Shown: positions 9,396-19,753, numbered from the stretch's first letter. The stretch is DNA of 64,000 bases from an uncultured Mucilaginibacter sp. (GCA_964277815.1 CAXYKR010000343.1:1611-65610), one strand, 5' to 3'. Made by a program: numbers and translations. Notes: a model not told the origin generated them from the sequence alone.

Positions 9396-10163
9396 TTAAA
9401 CACTCATTTTGCTTTTACGCGACTGCTTTTTTTTTGGCAGCTCCTCCGAGGACTGCGGACGAGACTTTAAGTTTTTCGTTGCTTTGGCACTTGTACCTAA
9501 CAGTTCCTCCCGTTTGATCTTCTTCATCTGATGGTCGTAAAGATCGACGGTCTTAAACTGCGGGTTAGCTGCAATGAAATACTTTTTTTCGCCTTCACCG
9601 GTTGCAACGGTGATCTGCTGCGCATTGCCCTTTTTCAGAGAACGATATAAATCTTCTTTTGCTTTTGGATCTTCGAGTTCTTTAATACCTTTTCCGGCAA
9701 TTACCTTTTCAATATCATAACCGTAATTCTCGTGGTAATGCTTGATCTTCCTATTGCCACTTTCGGTCAGGTTCTGGTCGTCCAGCGTTAGCCAGGCCTG
9801 ATATTTTTGATTTTCCAGGTTCGTTAGCTGTTTATGAACAGAACGTCCCTCCATCAAGTTGAAGGCTTCTTTAGCTGTAACGCCATTTCCTTTATTAATA
9901 AAAAACGTTTGGCTGACCTCCTTTGCAGCGTCTTCGTGCCGGATATGCGCAGCGAACTTATTAAAAAAGTACATGTCCTGGTTGTCGCCTGCTTTAAAAT
10001 GAAGGGTGTAATCGACGGTCTTTTGATTGAACTCGTGGCTTAGGCCTAACCTGAATTCCGGCGTTTTCGCTTCCATTTCCTTGTCAAGTTCCGCATTTAC
10101 CTTTTCTCCAAAACCTAAATTCAAAAGGCTTTTCTTTAAAAATTCTGAATTTTGTGTGTTCAT
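9396..10163 (-). CDS. conserved-looking ICE hypothetical protein with a Lys-rich C-terminal tail
   Basis: 255-aa ORF following TraN on the same strand. Tail is ATKNLKSRPQSSEELPKKKQSRKSKMSV. No family confidently recognised. Confidence 0.6.
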   Translation of the reverse strand: MNTQNSEFLKKSLLNLGFGEKVNAELDKEMEAKTPEFRLGLSHEFNQKTVDYTLHFKAGDNQDMYFFNKFAAHIRHEDAAKEVSQTFFINKGNGVTAKEAFNLMEGRSVHKQLTNLENQKYQAWLTLDDQNLTESGNRKIKHYHENYGYDIEKVIAGKGIKELEDPKAKEDLYRSLKKGNAQQITVATGEGEKKYFIAANPQFKTVDLYDHQMKKIKREELLGTSAKATKNLKSRPQSSEELPKKKQSRKSKMSV

Positions 10164-10197
10164 AACTGTATGAATTAAATGGTTAATTAAATGATTT

Positions 10198-11016
10198 TTA
10201 ATTAGCGGCCAGCGTCAGCGCAGCCCGTGATGGTACAGGAAGGACTTTGATATCATCCAGATCATCCTGCCTGAGCTGTAAATAAAGGTGCCGGTTACCC
10301 GAACGCTCGTAAACCTCAATGAATAGCGCCTCGTCGTCCGATAGCGAAAACCGCTTAAAGGCAAATACTTTGGCAATTTCATGATCTTTGACCACGGCTG
10401 TACGGCTCCGTAAAGTGCTGTAAAGCGGGACGATCTCCTGTTCGTGGGTAGCCATCCGGTCCACAGTTTTGCGGTCACGGATATAGAAGCGGACAAAATC
10501 AATCCCGTATGGGAGGTTCGAGCGATTTCGCAGATCCAGCCGCAAATAGATCCGGTTACCTGCAAGGGAAACTTTATTGATCCAGGCTTTAACACCGCCC
10601 GTTTTTTCATGGGTTGCGACATCTGCACGTTTTCCCGATGCCAATTGCTGCGCAATAATCTCTTCGGTATTTTCCGGCCTGTTATTTACCAGGGTACGTA
10701 CAAGCGTACTACCATAACCAATCCGTCGCCCTGCTCGTCCATAAGAATAAGCTACCGGGATGCTGTAGACCTTTTTGGTACTTTGATCCTGAACACTGAG
10801 CGTAATATTTTTAAAATTCGACGCGACTGCTTTGATCGTTAACGCCCCATTGCCTTTGTCCGTAATTACGTACTTGCTGCTTTGGCTGCCGAGCACTTTA
10901 ACTGGCCCTTGAAAAAATAATGCGGTAGCTTTGTCTTGACTTACATAGGCAGTGTCCTGTGCAAACGCTATTTTTCCTATCAACGCAAGGAAAAATATAA
11001 CTGTTAATCTTTTCAT
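10198..11016 (-). CDS. traN: conjugative transposon protein TraN (DUF4138-like)
   Basis: Signal peptide MKRLTVIFFLALIGKIAFAQ. 272 aa. Sits immediately after TraM, as in CTnDOT-type T4SS operons. Confidence 0.8.
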   Translation of the reverse strand: MKRLTVIFFLALIGKIAFAQDTAYVSQDKATALFFQGPVKVLGSQSSKYVITDKGNGALTIKAVASNFKNITLSVQDQSTKKVYSIPVAYSYGRAGRRIGYGSTLVRTLVNNRPENTEEIIAQQLASGKRADVATHEKTGGVKAWINKVSLAGNRIYLRLDLRNRSNLPYGIDFVRFYIRDRKTVDRMATHEQEIVPLYSTLRSRTAVVKDHEIAKVFAFKRFSLSDDEALFIEVYERSGNRHLYLQLRQDDLDDIKVLPVPSRAALTLAAN

Positions 11017-11025
11017 ATTACCTCC

Positions 11026-12264
11026 TTAATTATCGCGGTCATTGTTGTCCTTAAGCAGAACTTCATATCCGGCTTTGACTTTGACCTTAATCTGTTTTAC
11101 CTTTTTGCCGAACAGCCCTTTAGCGGCTTCAATACCGGCCCCGGCTGCTTGTGCGCCTAAGGACTGATCCATGGTCATCAGTTGCATGGAGCTAACGGCG
11201 TTGCCCATTCCGTTCTTAGCAGCGTCGCGGCTGATGGAACCCGGTACATACAAGCCTTCGAGACCATCCAGGTCATACACGGTCAAGGCGACTGGTAAGA
11301 TGTTATTCAGGTAGCGTATACTTGCGATTTTAATGTCCAGGCGTTCGTTGTTCAGGGCACAAGTGCCGTAAACGAAGCTGCCTTTAGGAATCATTTTGCC
11401 TTTAACATAAATCCCGTCCACCAGCCGCAGTTTAACCACCGCACCGCTGACCAACGTTTGATCTTCGTGAATCACGGCCTGAATGGTATTCCCTTCCGCA
11501 TTTTCACCCTGAGCGGTTTTGTTGTTCGCATATCTAACGTTGGACCCTTCACCATATTCGTCGCTATCATCGCTTACGGCAGTTACAGCATAGACACGGT
11601 TACGATTTTTCAGGGAGCGGGCGCGAAGGACGTTATCGGAGTTGCCGGGATTTTGAATATCATTGATCTGCTGAAGCATGCGGCTGAGCTGCTTCATTTC
11701 CGGGTCTTCACCACTGCCGCTGTTCATGGAAGCCATCATCATTTGCAGTCGCTTAACCTCTGTACCGGAATTCGGCTGCGGCTCGTAACCGCCCGTTTGT
11801 ACCGGTGACGAAGACTGATTGAGCTGCGTATTGATCTGCGCAAGTTTCGCCTGAATTTTGGCTTCGTTAGGATCGTTCGCCGCCAGTTCGCCTGGTAACG
11901 AAGAGGTGTTTTGCAGTTCTCCTTGTGAAGCCTGCTGTTCAGCAAAACCCATCGAACTAACGAAGTTTTGGCTTACGCTGCCCGCGGCGGAACTGTCTGA
12001 GTTCTTCGCAGAGGTTTGATAGACACCCATTTTATCCTGATCACTACCATTTTTAAATTGAGCTTGAGGTAAAGTAGTGTTCAGCCCTTTGACCGCCGTC
12101 TGTTCGCCGGTCATATGGCTACTGTTCCGTCCGCCACCCAACGCCCAAAAGGCCATCGTCAGAAAAGGAAAGATCAATACTGGTATCATCATTAAGAATT
12201 TACGCTCTTTAAGAAATTCAGGAGCGTGTGCAGGCAAATTGCCTTGTTTGAGTGTTGCTTCCAT
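11026..12264 (-). CDS. traM: conjugative transposon protein TraM
   Basis: N-terminus KERKFLMMIPVLIFPFLTMAFWALGGG, a low-complexity linker, then a beta-rich C-terminal domain. 412 aa. Located between TraK/TraL-position genes and TraN. Confidence 0.8.
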   Translation of the reverse strand: MEATLKQGNLPAHAPEFLKERKFLMMIPVLIFPFLTMAFWALGGGRNSSHMTGEQTAVKGLNTTLPQAQFKNGSDQDKMGVYQTSAKNSDSSAAGSVSQNFVSSMGFAEQQASQGELQNTSSLPGELAANDPNEAKIQAKLAQINTQLNQSSSPVQTGGYEPQPNSGTEVKRLQMMMASMNSGSGEDPEMKQLSRMLQQINDIQNPGNSDNVLRARSLKNRNRVYAVTAVSDDSDEYGEGSNVRYANNKTAQGENAEGNTIQAVIHEDQTLVSGAVVKLRLVDGIYVKGKMIPKGSFVYGTCALNNERLDIKIASIRYLNNILPVALTVYDLDGLEGLYVPGSISRDAAKNGMGNAVSSMQLMTMDQSLGAQAAGAGIEAAKGLFGKKVKQIKVKVKAGYEVLLKDNNDRDN

Positions 12265-12271
12265 GATCTAA

Positions 12272-12607
12272 TCATTTTTTAGTTAGTGAATCTGTTAATT
12301 GTGCATCCCTTCTTCCAGAGAGATTGACGTCGGATGCCATGCCGATATGTGTTGCGGGTTTATAGGATTGATGAAGGGCCGGTATTGTATAGGAATTGGT
12401 AAAAAGTCCTGCTAACAATATGACCGTTATGATCGCCGCGACACTCACCAGCAGGACCTTTTGCTTACCGGCGCTATAAGCATTGAACCGTTGGCCGATT
12501 GACGCTGCTAACTTACCCTGAAAACTTACAATAAATTCCGAGACCACTTTCGCTATTCGGTCGTTCATCGGAGTGGATGAGCTATTATCATTACTTTGTG
12601 TTTTCAT
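12272..12607 (-). CDS. small membrane protein in the TraL position
   Basis: Preferred start is MKTQSNDN (cat at 12605-12607), 2 nt after the TraK stop. One TM segment (VLLVSVAAIITVILLAGLF). Confidence 0.5.
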   Translation of the reverse strand: MKTQSNDNSSSTPMNDRIAKVVSEFIVSFQGKLAASIGQRFNAYSAGKQKVLLVSVAAIITVILLAGLFTNSYTIPALHQSYKPATHIGMASDVNLSGRRDAQLTDSLTKK

Positions 12608-12609
12608 GG

Positions 12610-13227
12610 CTATTGATGTTGAAGGGTAGTATCCCTGTTGGCTAATGTTTCCCAATGCTGGATCAGGAATCCGTGCGGGTTGTTATCTGAACGCGCCACG
12701 TTTCGGAGATAACCCTGGGTAACCAGACTGCGATTAATGGTTGATGTTGCGCGGATCAACTTTTGCGTAGCAAAGCATTTAAAGTAATAAGGGTACTGAT
12801 CGATGTCGAGTTGAACACTGTCCACCACTACCTGCTGGCTGATGTTGCCTGAAATCAGGTTGTTGTAATAGCTTTTTTCCTTAAGATCGTTGTACTGATT
12901 TCTGGCGCTTTCATCGGCTAGGTACAATGCCTTTCCAATGTTGGCGTTGATCACTTTTTCATCAGGGTCAAGCGTGAAAAAGTAGTGATGAAACATTTTG
13001 ATGTGATCCCGAGCCTCAACCGGGATGTTATCTTTGCGGTCTGCGGCAAAGGCTTCTAAAGCTTTACCATTCGCTAATATGTAGATGTGCCTGCTGGCGA
13101 GGTCTGCTGCCTGGTAACTTTTATAAAGTGCAAAACAGGAGATAATCGTGCATGCGGCTATCAGGAGATAACTGAACAACTTCACATGCCGGAAGGCCGT
13201 TTCAATATTTTTGAGGTGTGTAAACAT
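12610..13227 (-). CDS. traK: conjugative transposon protein TraK
   Basis: 205 aa with an N-terminal TM (LFSYLLIAACTIISCFALY). Sequence ...ILANGKALEAFAADRKDNIPVEARDHIKMFHHYFFTLDPD... and position after TraJ fit TraK. Confidence 0.8.
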   Translation of the reverse strand: MFTHLKNIETAFRHVKLFSYLLIAACTIISCFALYKSYQAADLASRHIYILANGKALEAFAADRKDNIPVEARDHIKMFHHYFFTLDPDEKVINANIGKALYLADESARNQYNDLKEKSYYNNLISGNISQQVVVDSVQLDIDQYPYYFKCFATQKLIRATSTINRSLVTQGYLRNVARSDNNPHGFLIQHWETLANRDTTLQHQ

Positions 13228-13252
13228 GGCTACTAATTTTATGGTGAACTAC

Positions 13253-14455
13253 TTAATTTCCGTTGATGCGAGCCGCCTGATGGTTAGCGGGCTGTGACTT
13301 AGTTTCCTGACCCGCATTGTTCCAGCCGCTCATAAAGTCGCCTGGTGCATTGCTCAAATTGACTGCACCGTTGACCATTCGTTCGCCGGTTTGAGAACCA
13401 ACTGCCAGGGTGGTATTGGAGCTGCTGATGACCAATGCATTCACTTTCTGTAAAAGCCCGTGGCCGCTGCCTGCATTGACAATGTAATTGGCTACGCTCG
13501 GAACGATGAAGTAGCCGATGATCCCAATGATCAGGAAGATCAGGTATGCCGTGTCTGTTGAACTGAAAAAGGTATCACCCGCTGACTGTACTTGTGAAAT
13601 ATCCAACTTGAGCATATTTTCCTGCACTTTACCGATAATGGCACCGAATATATTGGCGACCGGCAACCATAGGAACACATTGATGTATTTAGCCAGCCAC
13701 ACCGTTAATGTGCTTTGAAAACCGTCAAATACCGCGAGCCCAAAAACTATCGGCCCTATGATAGCCAGAATGATCAGGTAAAACGTGCGAATAGTGTTGA
13801 TACCTAACGCTGCGGCCTCATAAAGTACCTGTAAGACTTCGCTCATCCACTGTTTAACTGTGTTTCGGAAGTTGTAGGATGCTTTAGCCATAGCGAATTT
13901 CATATCATTCCCGACGCTTGCTAATACACCTTCACCACTGCCATCTTTGTCTTCGGGATGGGTATACTTGTACCATTTATCCCGGTCACCATCACCGTCA
14001 GGCCCAACATACATTTGCCACGTATCTGTCTTCTCAACGGCTTCCTGTTTGGCTTTTAGTAAGGCTGCAATCGCTGCATCAGAGTTTTGCACCATACTGC
14101 CGGTCGCATTTACGGTCGGCTGCATGATGCCGTTGATGATCGCGATGACCGTGGGAAACAACAGGATCGCCAGCCCGAGAGCGAAGGGACGCATCAGCGG
14201 GTAAAAGTCTATAGGTTCTGCCGCCGCAATTTGCCGCCAAACGCGGCTGCCGATGTACCACAGAGCGCCGAATCCTGCGATGGCCCTGCCGACGCCGATC
14301 AAGCCGCTGCACATCGGCAGCATATCATTGTAAACAGTATTGAGCGTTCCCTGCAATCCCTGGATGTTATCTGAAAGCCCTGCTGCATTTGAAAATAAAG
14401 GGAAAAGAATCCCCGTTACCGCAATGATTGCGGTTAAAAAAGCTGTCTTTTTCAT
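13253..14455 (-). CDS. traJ: conjugative transposon protein TraJ (polytopic, VirB6-like)
   Basis: 400 aa, multi-TM. AIAGFGALWYIGSRVWRQIAAAEPIDFYPLMRPF block is typical of TraJ. Confidence 0.85.
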   Translation of the reverse strand: MKKTAFLTAIIAVTGILFPLFSNAAGLSDNIQGLQGTLNTVYNDMLPMCSGLIGVGRAIAGFGALWYIGSRVWRQIAAAEPIDFYPLMRPFALGLAILLFPTVIAIINGIMQPTVNATGSMVQNSDAAIAALLKAKQEAVEKTDTWQMYVGPDGDGDRDKWYKYTHPEDKDGSGEGVLASVGNDMKFAMAKASYNFRNTVKQWMSEVLQVLYEAAALGINTIRTFYLIILAIIGPIVFGLAVFDGFQSTLTVWLAKYINVFLWLPVANIFGAIIGKVQENMLKLDISQVQSAGDTFFSSTDTAYLIFLIIGIIGYFIVPSVANYIVNAGSGHGLLQKVNALVISSSNTTLAVGSQTGERMVNGAVNLSNAPGDFMSGWNNAGQETKSQPANHQAARINGN

Positions 14456-14465
14456 AATGTCTGAA

Positions 14466-15113
14466 TTAGTGGTTTATACCGTAGAGCTTCTTTAATGAGA
14501 GGGCATCGCCGGTTTCCTTCGTTCGCTGCAAACTGAGCATCACACCGTTGCGGTTGAAGTATCGCAAAAACTGAAGCTTATCAGTAGAGTTCGCATATAT
14601 CCTGTCTATCGCCCTGATCCTTTCATCATCGGTCATCCTCAATTTAGAAGCTGTCAGAACATTAGTTAGCTCATTGATATTGTCGAGGCTTTGCTTTACC
14701 AGACCGCTATACACCTTACCCATGTAGTCGAGTTCGCCAGCGGAAAACGATCCGCTTTGTTTAAAGCGGGAAAAAGCCTTTTTGTACTCACTTAGCAAAC
14801 TGGCCTGCTGGGAGATGATCTCGGCAATCCTGCCGTAGTTTTTGACAGCCGGACTGATCTGAAGCAAGCCGTTTAGATACACATCATGCAGATTGAAGTT
14901 TCCTTGGGATAGCGACGAAATCGTACTGTAGCCCCTTTGATAGATCTGGTAACCTGTCTTCATATTGGAAAGGATGCTCTTCAACTGAGTTAGCTTTTCA
15001 ATATTCAATAACAACTGCTGTAGTTCCTGGCCCTGAGCCTTACATACCTGGGTATGCGAGAGAGTCGCTACTGTAAATCCTGTCAGCAAAAATGCTTTGA
15101 TGTGCTTTTTCAT
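14466..15113 (-). CDS. secreted coiled-coil T4SS protein, paralog 3 (TraI/DUF4141-like, tentative)
   Basis: Signal peptide MKKHIKAFLLTGFTVATLSHTQVCKAQ. Shares MTDDERI and a C-terminal LYGIN-type ending with the two upstream paralogs. Confidence 0.6.
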   Translation of the reverse strand: MKKHIKAFLLTGFTVATLSHTQVCKAQGQELQQLLLNIEKLTQLKSILSNMKTGYQIYQRGYSTISSLSQGNFNLHDVYLNGLLQISPAVKNYGRIAEIISQQASLLSEYKKAFSRFKQSGSFSAGELDYMGKVYSGLVKQSLDNINELTNVLTASKLRMTDDERIRAIDRIYANSTDKLQFLRYFNRNGVMLSLQRTKETGDALSLKKLYGINH

Positions 15114-15125
15114 AATCCGTGAATA

Positions 15126-15818
15126 TTATCGAATACCGAATAGGTATTTGCTGGTTTCGAGGTTGGTATTTTCTTGCTGTTTCTGAAGGCCATAAACCTT
15201 TATCTTGCCTGCGAAGTCTGCGATAAACCGGTAATTGCTTTGCATCGCCAGGTGAATGCCGTTCAACCGCTTTAAGCGTTCATCGTCAGTCATGGTCAGT
15301 TTGCCGTTTGTAAGGAGAATTTGCAGCGTGGTGATCTGTTCATCGCAGTCTGCAAGCAGTGCTTGTTTGACTTTACCAACGTAAAGCTTTTCCTTCGTTG
15401 ACAGGTAAGTTGCCTGATCGAGACCGTTAACTGCTTGCAGAATATCCCTTTGCCATGTCAGAATATCATTGACCTGCGGGTTATTCTTGACTACCAGATT
15501 GACGGATCTTAACTTATTATAGTAGGTCGTATGCAAACTGAATTCGTCCTTTAATGAGCCGGTGATATAACCCAACCCCCCGTTAGCGATTTGGTAACCT
15601 TGCTTTAAATAACCGGAGTAAACCTGTAAAGCTGCTATTTGCTGAAGCAGGTATTTCTTCTGGGTTTTCTTTTGGGAAAACCATTCGGCAAAAGTTTGCG
15701 CCTGGGCTTGCGACACCCATAAAGAAGTAGCGGCAGTCACCAGCGCATAGGCTAATAGTGCCTTGCTCTTCCGGCCGATATCATCAGCCCGGCGCTTTAA
15801 CTGGTTAATTGATTCCAT
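15126..15818 (-). CDS. secreted coiled-coil T4SS protein, paralog 2
   Basis: Preferred start is MESINQLKRRADD (cat at 15816-15818). Signal-like ALLAYALVTAATSLWVSQAQAQ. Contains KLTMTDDERLKRL and ends ...YLFGIR. Confidence 0.55.
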   Translation of the reverse strand: MESINQLKRRADDIGRKSKALLAYALVTAATSLWVSQAQAQTFAEWFSQKKTQKKYLLQQIAALQVYSGYLKQGYQIANGGLGYITGSLKDEFSLHTTYYNKLRSVNLVVKNNPQVNDILTWQRDILQAVNGLDQATYLSTKEKLYVGKVKQALLADCDEQITTLQILLTNGKLTMTDDERLKRLNGIHLAMQSNYRFIADFAGKIKVYGLQKQQENTNLETSKYLFGIR

Positions 15819-16488
15819 ACAAGTCCTTAATTGATTTCGTATCTGCAAGGTCACGGCTTCGTTGTAAGCAGATCCGAATGTTTTGATTGTTGAACTGCTG
15901 CAAGTCGTTGTAATTGATATCCAACTGGTCACTTGCATGGTTAATCAGTTCGAGCCTTTCAGCATCGGACATTTGCGTCTTGAAGCTATTGATGACCAAT
16001 AAAATCTGATCAAGGTTCTGAACGCTGGCATCTAAGATGCCGGTGTAAACCTTTTGCATGTAATTGATCTCTTCCGGACGAAAGTGATTGTCTTTTTGAA
16101 ACAGCCCCCAGGCCCGCTTGTACTGACCCACTAAAGCGGCCTGCTTCAAGGTGACATCTTTGATTCGCTGGTAATAAGCAATGGTGGATTTGATCTTCCA
16201 TAACTCTGTATAATAGCCGCTGTACAATTGTTTTTGTTCTTCCGTCCAGCCGGATATCTCCGTAAGCTTAACCTTTGAAAGCTCATTCTCTAACACTTTC
16301 TGTGCGTTCTGCAACCAAATCGTCTTGTTCTGCATCCGCTGCACTTTAAGATCGATGGCCTTTATCATTTTTGTAACTGTGAGTTTAATCACTTCGGCTA
16401 CCACGAACTGCGCATTAGCTTTCGGTACAGTGAACAAAACCATAATTAGGGCAATCAATATCGCTGTTCGTACCTTAAATTTTTTCAT
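15805..16488 (-). CDS. secreted coiled-coil T4SS protein, paralog 1
   Basis: Signal peptide MKKFKVRTAILIALIMVLFTVPKANAQ. Contains QMSDAERLELI and ends ...KDLYGIN. Confidence 0.6.
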   Translation of the reverse strand: MKKFKVRTAILIALIMVLFTVPKANAQFVVAEVIKLTVTKMIKAIDLKVQRMQNKTIWLQNAQKVLENELSKVKLTEISGWTEEQKQLYSGYYTELWKIKSTIAYYQRIKDVTLKQAALVGQYKRAWGLFQKDNHFRPEEINYMQKVYTGILDASVQNLDQILLVINSFKTQMSDAERLELINHASDQLDINYNDLQQFNNQNIRICLQRSRDLADTKSIKDLYGIN

Positions 16489-16541
16489 AAGAAATCACTT
16501 TCCGATTATTTATCAGATTAAAAAAGGCAAGAAATGAAGTG

Positions 16542-16910
16542 CTATTTTATTTTCTTGTATTCGGAATCGCCAAGTTTAACGCCGTTATGGTCGGTAATGT
16601 AAACCTGCTTTCCAAGGTCAGTTTGCTGTAGTACTTTTGATTCTATATTGTAAGTGGCATCCCATTTGGCCGACTTAAATTCCTTGCTTTTTAAAACGCC
16701 GTTTCTAATTTTTTGAAAACCAGATTTTCGTTCAATGTTATATGCCTGGTTAGAAGAACTGATAGTTCTAATAATAAGTGTATCGTCTGTAAGCGAATAT
16801 TCATTCTTGAAATGGGTTACATAGGTTCCGGATGGGTCTGACTCTTTAGCGGTATCTGAGCATCCGTAGATGATAATCGATACAAACAATAGAATGATTA
16901 ATGCTTTCAT
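16542..16910 (-). CDS. small lipoprotein
   Basis: MKALIILLFVSIIIYGCSD, a lipobox-like Cys after a hydrophobic signal. 122 aa. Confidence 0.6.
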   Translation of the reverse strand: MKALIILLFVSIIIYGCSDTAKESDPSGTYVTHFKNEYSLTDDTLIIRTISSSNQAYNIERKSGFQKIRNGVLKSKEFKSAKWDATYNIESKVLQQTDLGKQVYITDHNGVKLGDSEYKKIK

Positions 16911-16925
16911 AATTATATAATTTAG

Positions 16926-19415
16926 TTAAGCTGCTTTTTCTAATTCTTCCTGAATAATAGCCGCAATGCCGCGCTGAATACTTCCATATTTTTTAGCATA
17001 TTCTTGAACGCGGGCTTTTTCCGCAGATTCTGTTGTGTAAGTCCAGTATTCCTCACGGCTAACCTCTGTCCGGTAAACTTTTGATAACTGCCCATTAAGG
17101 CTGATAAACACCTCTTTGTATTTCAGCTTTTCATCATTGTTCCGGTTCATGCTCATGATCAGTGCCGTTTCTTTATCCGTGATGCCCAACAACTGCTGGA
17201 TTTTCGGAAAGTCATTCTGATACTTGCGCTGGTCAAGCAGGATTTTGCAGTCGCTGTTGTTGATAATAGCTTGCTTGACCACCGGCGAACTGATGATATC
17301 TTCAATATCCTGGGTAACTACCAAAGCTTCACCAAAATATTTTCGAACCGTTTTAAATAAGTATTTGATGTATTCGGCCATGCCTTCACGCGCAATAGCT
17401 TTCCATGCTTCCTCGATTAAGATCATTTTGCGGGTGGCCTTACTGAGTTTGCGCATTTTGGATACAAAGGTTTCCATAATGATCAGTGTCACTACCGGGA
17501 AAAGAATGGGGTGATCTTTGATATTATCTAACTCAAAGACAATGAAGCGGCGATGCAATAAGTCGAGGTTTTCTCTTGCATTTAACAGGTAAGCGTACTC
17601 ACCACCTTTGTAATATGGTTTTAATACGAACAGCATGTTATCAATATCAAAACGCTCATCTTTTACTTTTGATTGTTTCATGGTCTCATAAAACTCTCCT
17701 GCAAGGAAATCATAGAAGCTATCGAAGCAAGGAAAAATATCAGAATTTACTTTAAGCTTTTCATAATAGTGGTACAAAGCATCGGAAATCGCAATGTATT
17801 CTGAACGTTGTACGCCTTCATCTTCTTTCTTCCACAATGCCAGGATCATGGCTTTAATACTTTCCTTCTTTTCCGTATCGAGGTAGTCGCCCTGAGCGAT
17901 ATAAAAGGGATTGAAGCTGATGGGGTTGTCTTCTGAATAAGTGAAGTAATAGCCTCCGACGAACTCACAAAGCCCCTGGTAACTGTGCCCTACATCGACC
18001 AATACGATGTGAGCACCCTGTTCAAAATAGCTTCGCAAAAGGTGGTTGGTAAAAAAAGACTTTCCACTGCCGGAAGGACCTAAAATAAACTTATTCCGGT
18101 TGGTCGTTATGCCTTTCTCCATCGGCTCATCACTGATGTCTACATGGACTGGTTTGCCTGACAAGCGATCGCCCAGCCTAAGCCCGCAGGCACTGATACT
18201 CGACTGGTAGTTTGTTTCCAGATTTAAAAAGCAGGTTGCCTGTTCAACAAAGGTATCAAAGGTATCATTCATCGGGAATGTAGCTTCGTTACCCGGTAAT
18301 CCTGACCACCATATTTGCGGCGCTCCGTCAGTTTCCTGTTTAGGCTGCGCATCCATTTGAGCTAAAGCCGAACTTACTTTATTTTTGAGGTCTTTGAGTT
18401 CGGCTCGGTCGCTTGTCCATGCCATAACATTAAAGTGTGCTTTAACCGGCAGCCGCTGCTGACTGATCGCTTCATTTAAAAATTCATGCGTTGCATCCCG
18501 GCTGATCGCATTTTCACGGGAATAAGCAGATAGCGACTGCAAGCGCAGCTTCTTTGCCTCCAGTTTCTTGATGGTTTGCTGGCTGTCTTCAATAAAGATG
18601 TACTGATTATAGACATGATTGCATCTCAACAAAGTGCCAAGAGGTGAGGCAAAACCTGTGCTGAACTTAGTTTTGTCCGTGCTGTACTTGTCAAATGTAA
18701 TCCTCGGGCCACAAAGCGGCGGTAGGTCTTCCGCATCGCTTAACGTAAAAAGCTGACAATGATCATTACCAATGCGGATCTCTTCCTGAATGTGAATATC
18801 CTTCAATAAATTGTTGCTGTTTTTGTTGAGCAGAAAGCAATACTGTTCCAGTATTCCGGCTGTCTTAGGCGTACCGGCCAGTCCGTCGTCATTGATACGC
18901 CTCAAAGCAATCAGTCCGCTATCTTCCAAAACTTTGACGAACTGCCCGGCATTATCTAAAAAGTCACGAAACAGCTCCTCTGATGTGGTTTGAGAAGGGA
19001 CAATGCGTTTGCGCATCAATGTGCTTACTGCGCTCGTATACTGTTTGAATTTTTCCGGCTTCTTAGTCAGGAAAATATGGCAATGATGATGCAGGTATGG
19101 ACGCTCATTGAAATGCTTTTCACTGGAATGTGACAGAAATGTTTTTACCTGCATTTCGCCGTTATCCTGAAACCTGGCCTTATACTGCTCGCTTATAAAC
19201 CAGTCCTGTTTATGGAAGATGGTATTTTTGGGCAAAAGCTTTATTGCTTTGATCCAGGCCTCGTGAAAGCTGTGATACTCGTCATTGGACATGGTAAAAA
19301 TTTCCGGGAGGTCAACTTCATAACCAATGGTCAGGTCGCCTTGCGCTGAAAGCATACAATCGTGCTCCACCTTATAAACAGGAAATACCTGTTCCGCTTT
19401 GCTGTGTGATTTCAT
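16926..19415 (-). CDS. traG: TraG-family conjugative ATPase (VirB4-like)
   Basis: 829 aa. Walker A LGPSGSGKSFFTNHL. Size and position after the DUF4134/DUF4133-like genes fit. Confidence 0.9.
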   Translation of the reverse strand: MKSHSKAEQVFPVYKVEHDCMLSAQGDLTIGYEVDLPEIFTMSNDEYHSFHEAWIKAIKLLPKNTIFHKQDWFISEQYKARFQDNGEMQVKTFLSHSSEKHFNERPYLHHHCHIFLTKKPEKFKQYTSAVSTLMRKRIVPSQTTSEELFRDFLDNAGQFVKVLEDSGLIALRRINDDGLAGTPKTAGILEQYCFLLNKNSNNLLKDIHIQEEIRIGNDHCQLFTLSDAEDLPPLCGPRITFDKYSTDKTKFSTGFASPLGTLLRCNHVYNQYIFIEDSQQTIKKLEAKKLRLQSLSAYSRENAISRDATHEFLNEAISQQRLPVKAHFNVMAWTSDRAELKDLKNKVSSALAQMDAQPKQETDGAPQIWWSGLPGNEATFPMNDTFDTFVEQATCFLNLETNYQSSISACGLRLGDRLSGKPVHVDISDEPMEKGITTNRNKFILGPSGSGKSFFTNHLLRSYFEQGAHIVLVDVGHSYQGLCEFVGGYYFTYSEDNPISFNPFYIAQGDYLDTEKKESIKAMILALWKKEDEGVQRSEYIAISDALYHYYEKLKVNSDIFPCFDSFYDFLAGEFYETMKQSKVKDERFDIDNMLFVLKPYYKGGEYAYLLNARENLDLLHRRFIVFELDNIKDHPILFPVVTLIIMETFVSKMRKLSKATRKMILIEEAWKAIAREGMAEYIKYLFKTVRKYFGEALVVTQDIEDIISSPVVKQAIINNSDCKILLDQRKYQNDFPKIQQLLGITDKETALIMSMNRNNDEKLKYKEVFISLNGQLSKVYRTEVSREEYWTYTTESAEKARVQEYAKKYGSIQRGIAAIIQEELEKAA

Positions 19416-19753
19416 GATCTTCTTTTTAATTGCAGAAATACGTTTCGTGTTGTGAATTGCAGGTAACGCGGTAGGTATCGCTTAGCTGATCTCTTCATCA
19501 GCCCATACTGACCGTACTTGTGACTGAGCTTAAAAACTTGATAAAAAAGCAAGCTCCCCAATGCGCCTATGATGATCAGGCACATGGTCACCGGTACGCT
19601 AAACAGGTACATAACAGCAAAGCCGATGAGCAAAATAACGAGGCCTGCTGCTAGATAGCCAATGTACTGGGCCTTCAGCCCTTTAAATTCGATGGGCTTA
19701 TTGATACCCTTGTTGATGTGATACAGTGCCATAAACATGCTATTAAACGCCAA
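19412..19753 (-). CDS. traF: DUF4133-like small membrane protein (TraF position)
   Basis: 113 aa, two TM segments. 4-nt overlap with the traG start. Motif INKGINKPIEFKGLKAQYI. Confidence 0.65.
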   Translation of the reverse strand: MAFNSMFMALYHINKGINKPIEFKGLKAQYIGYLAAGLVILLIGFAVMYLFSVPVTMCLIIIGALGSLLFYQVFKLSHKYGQYGLMKRSAKRYLPRYLQFTTRNVFLQLKRRS

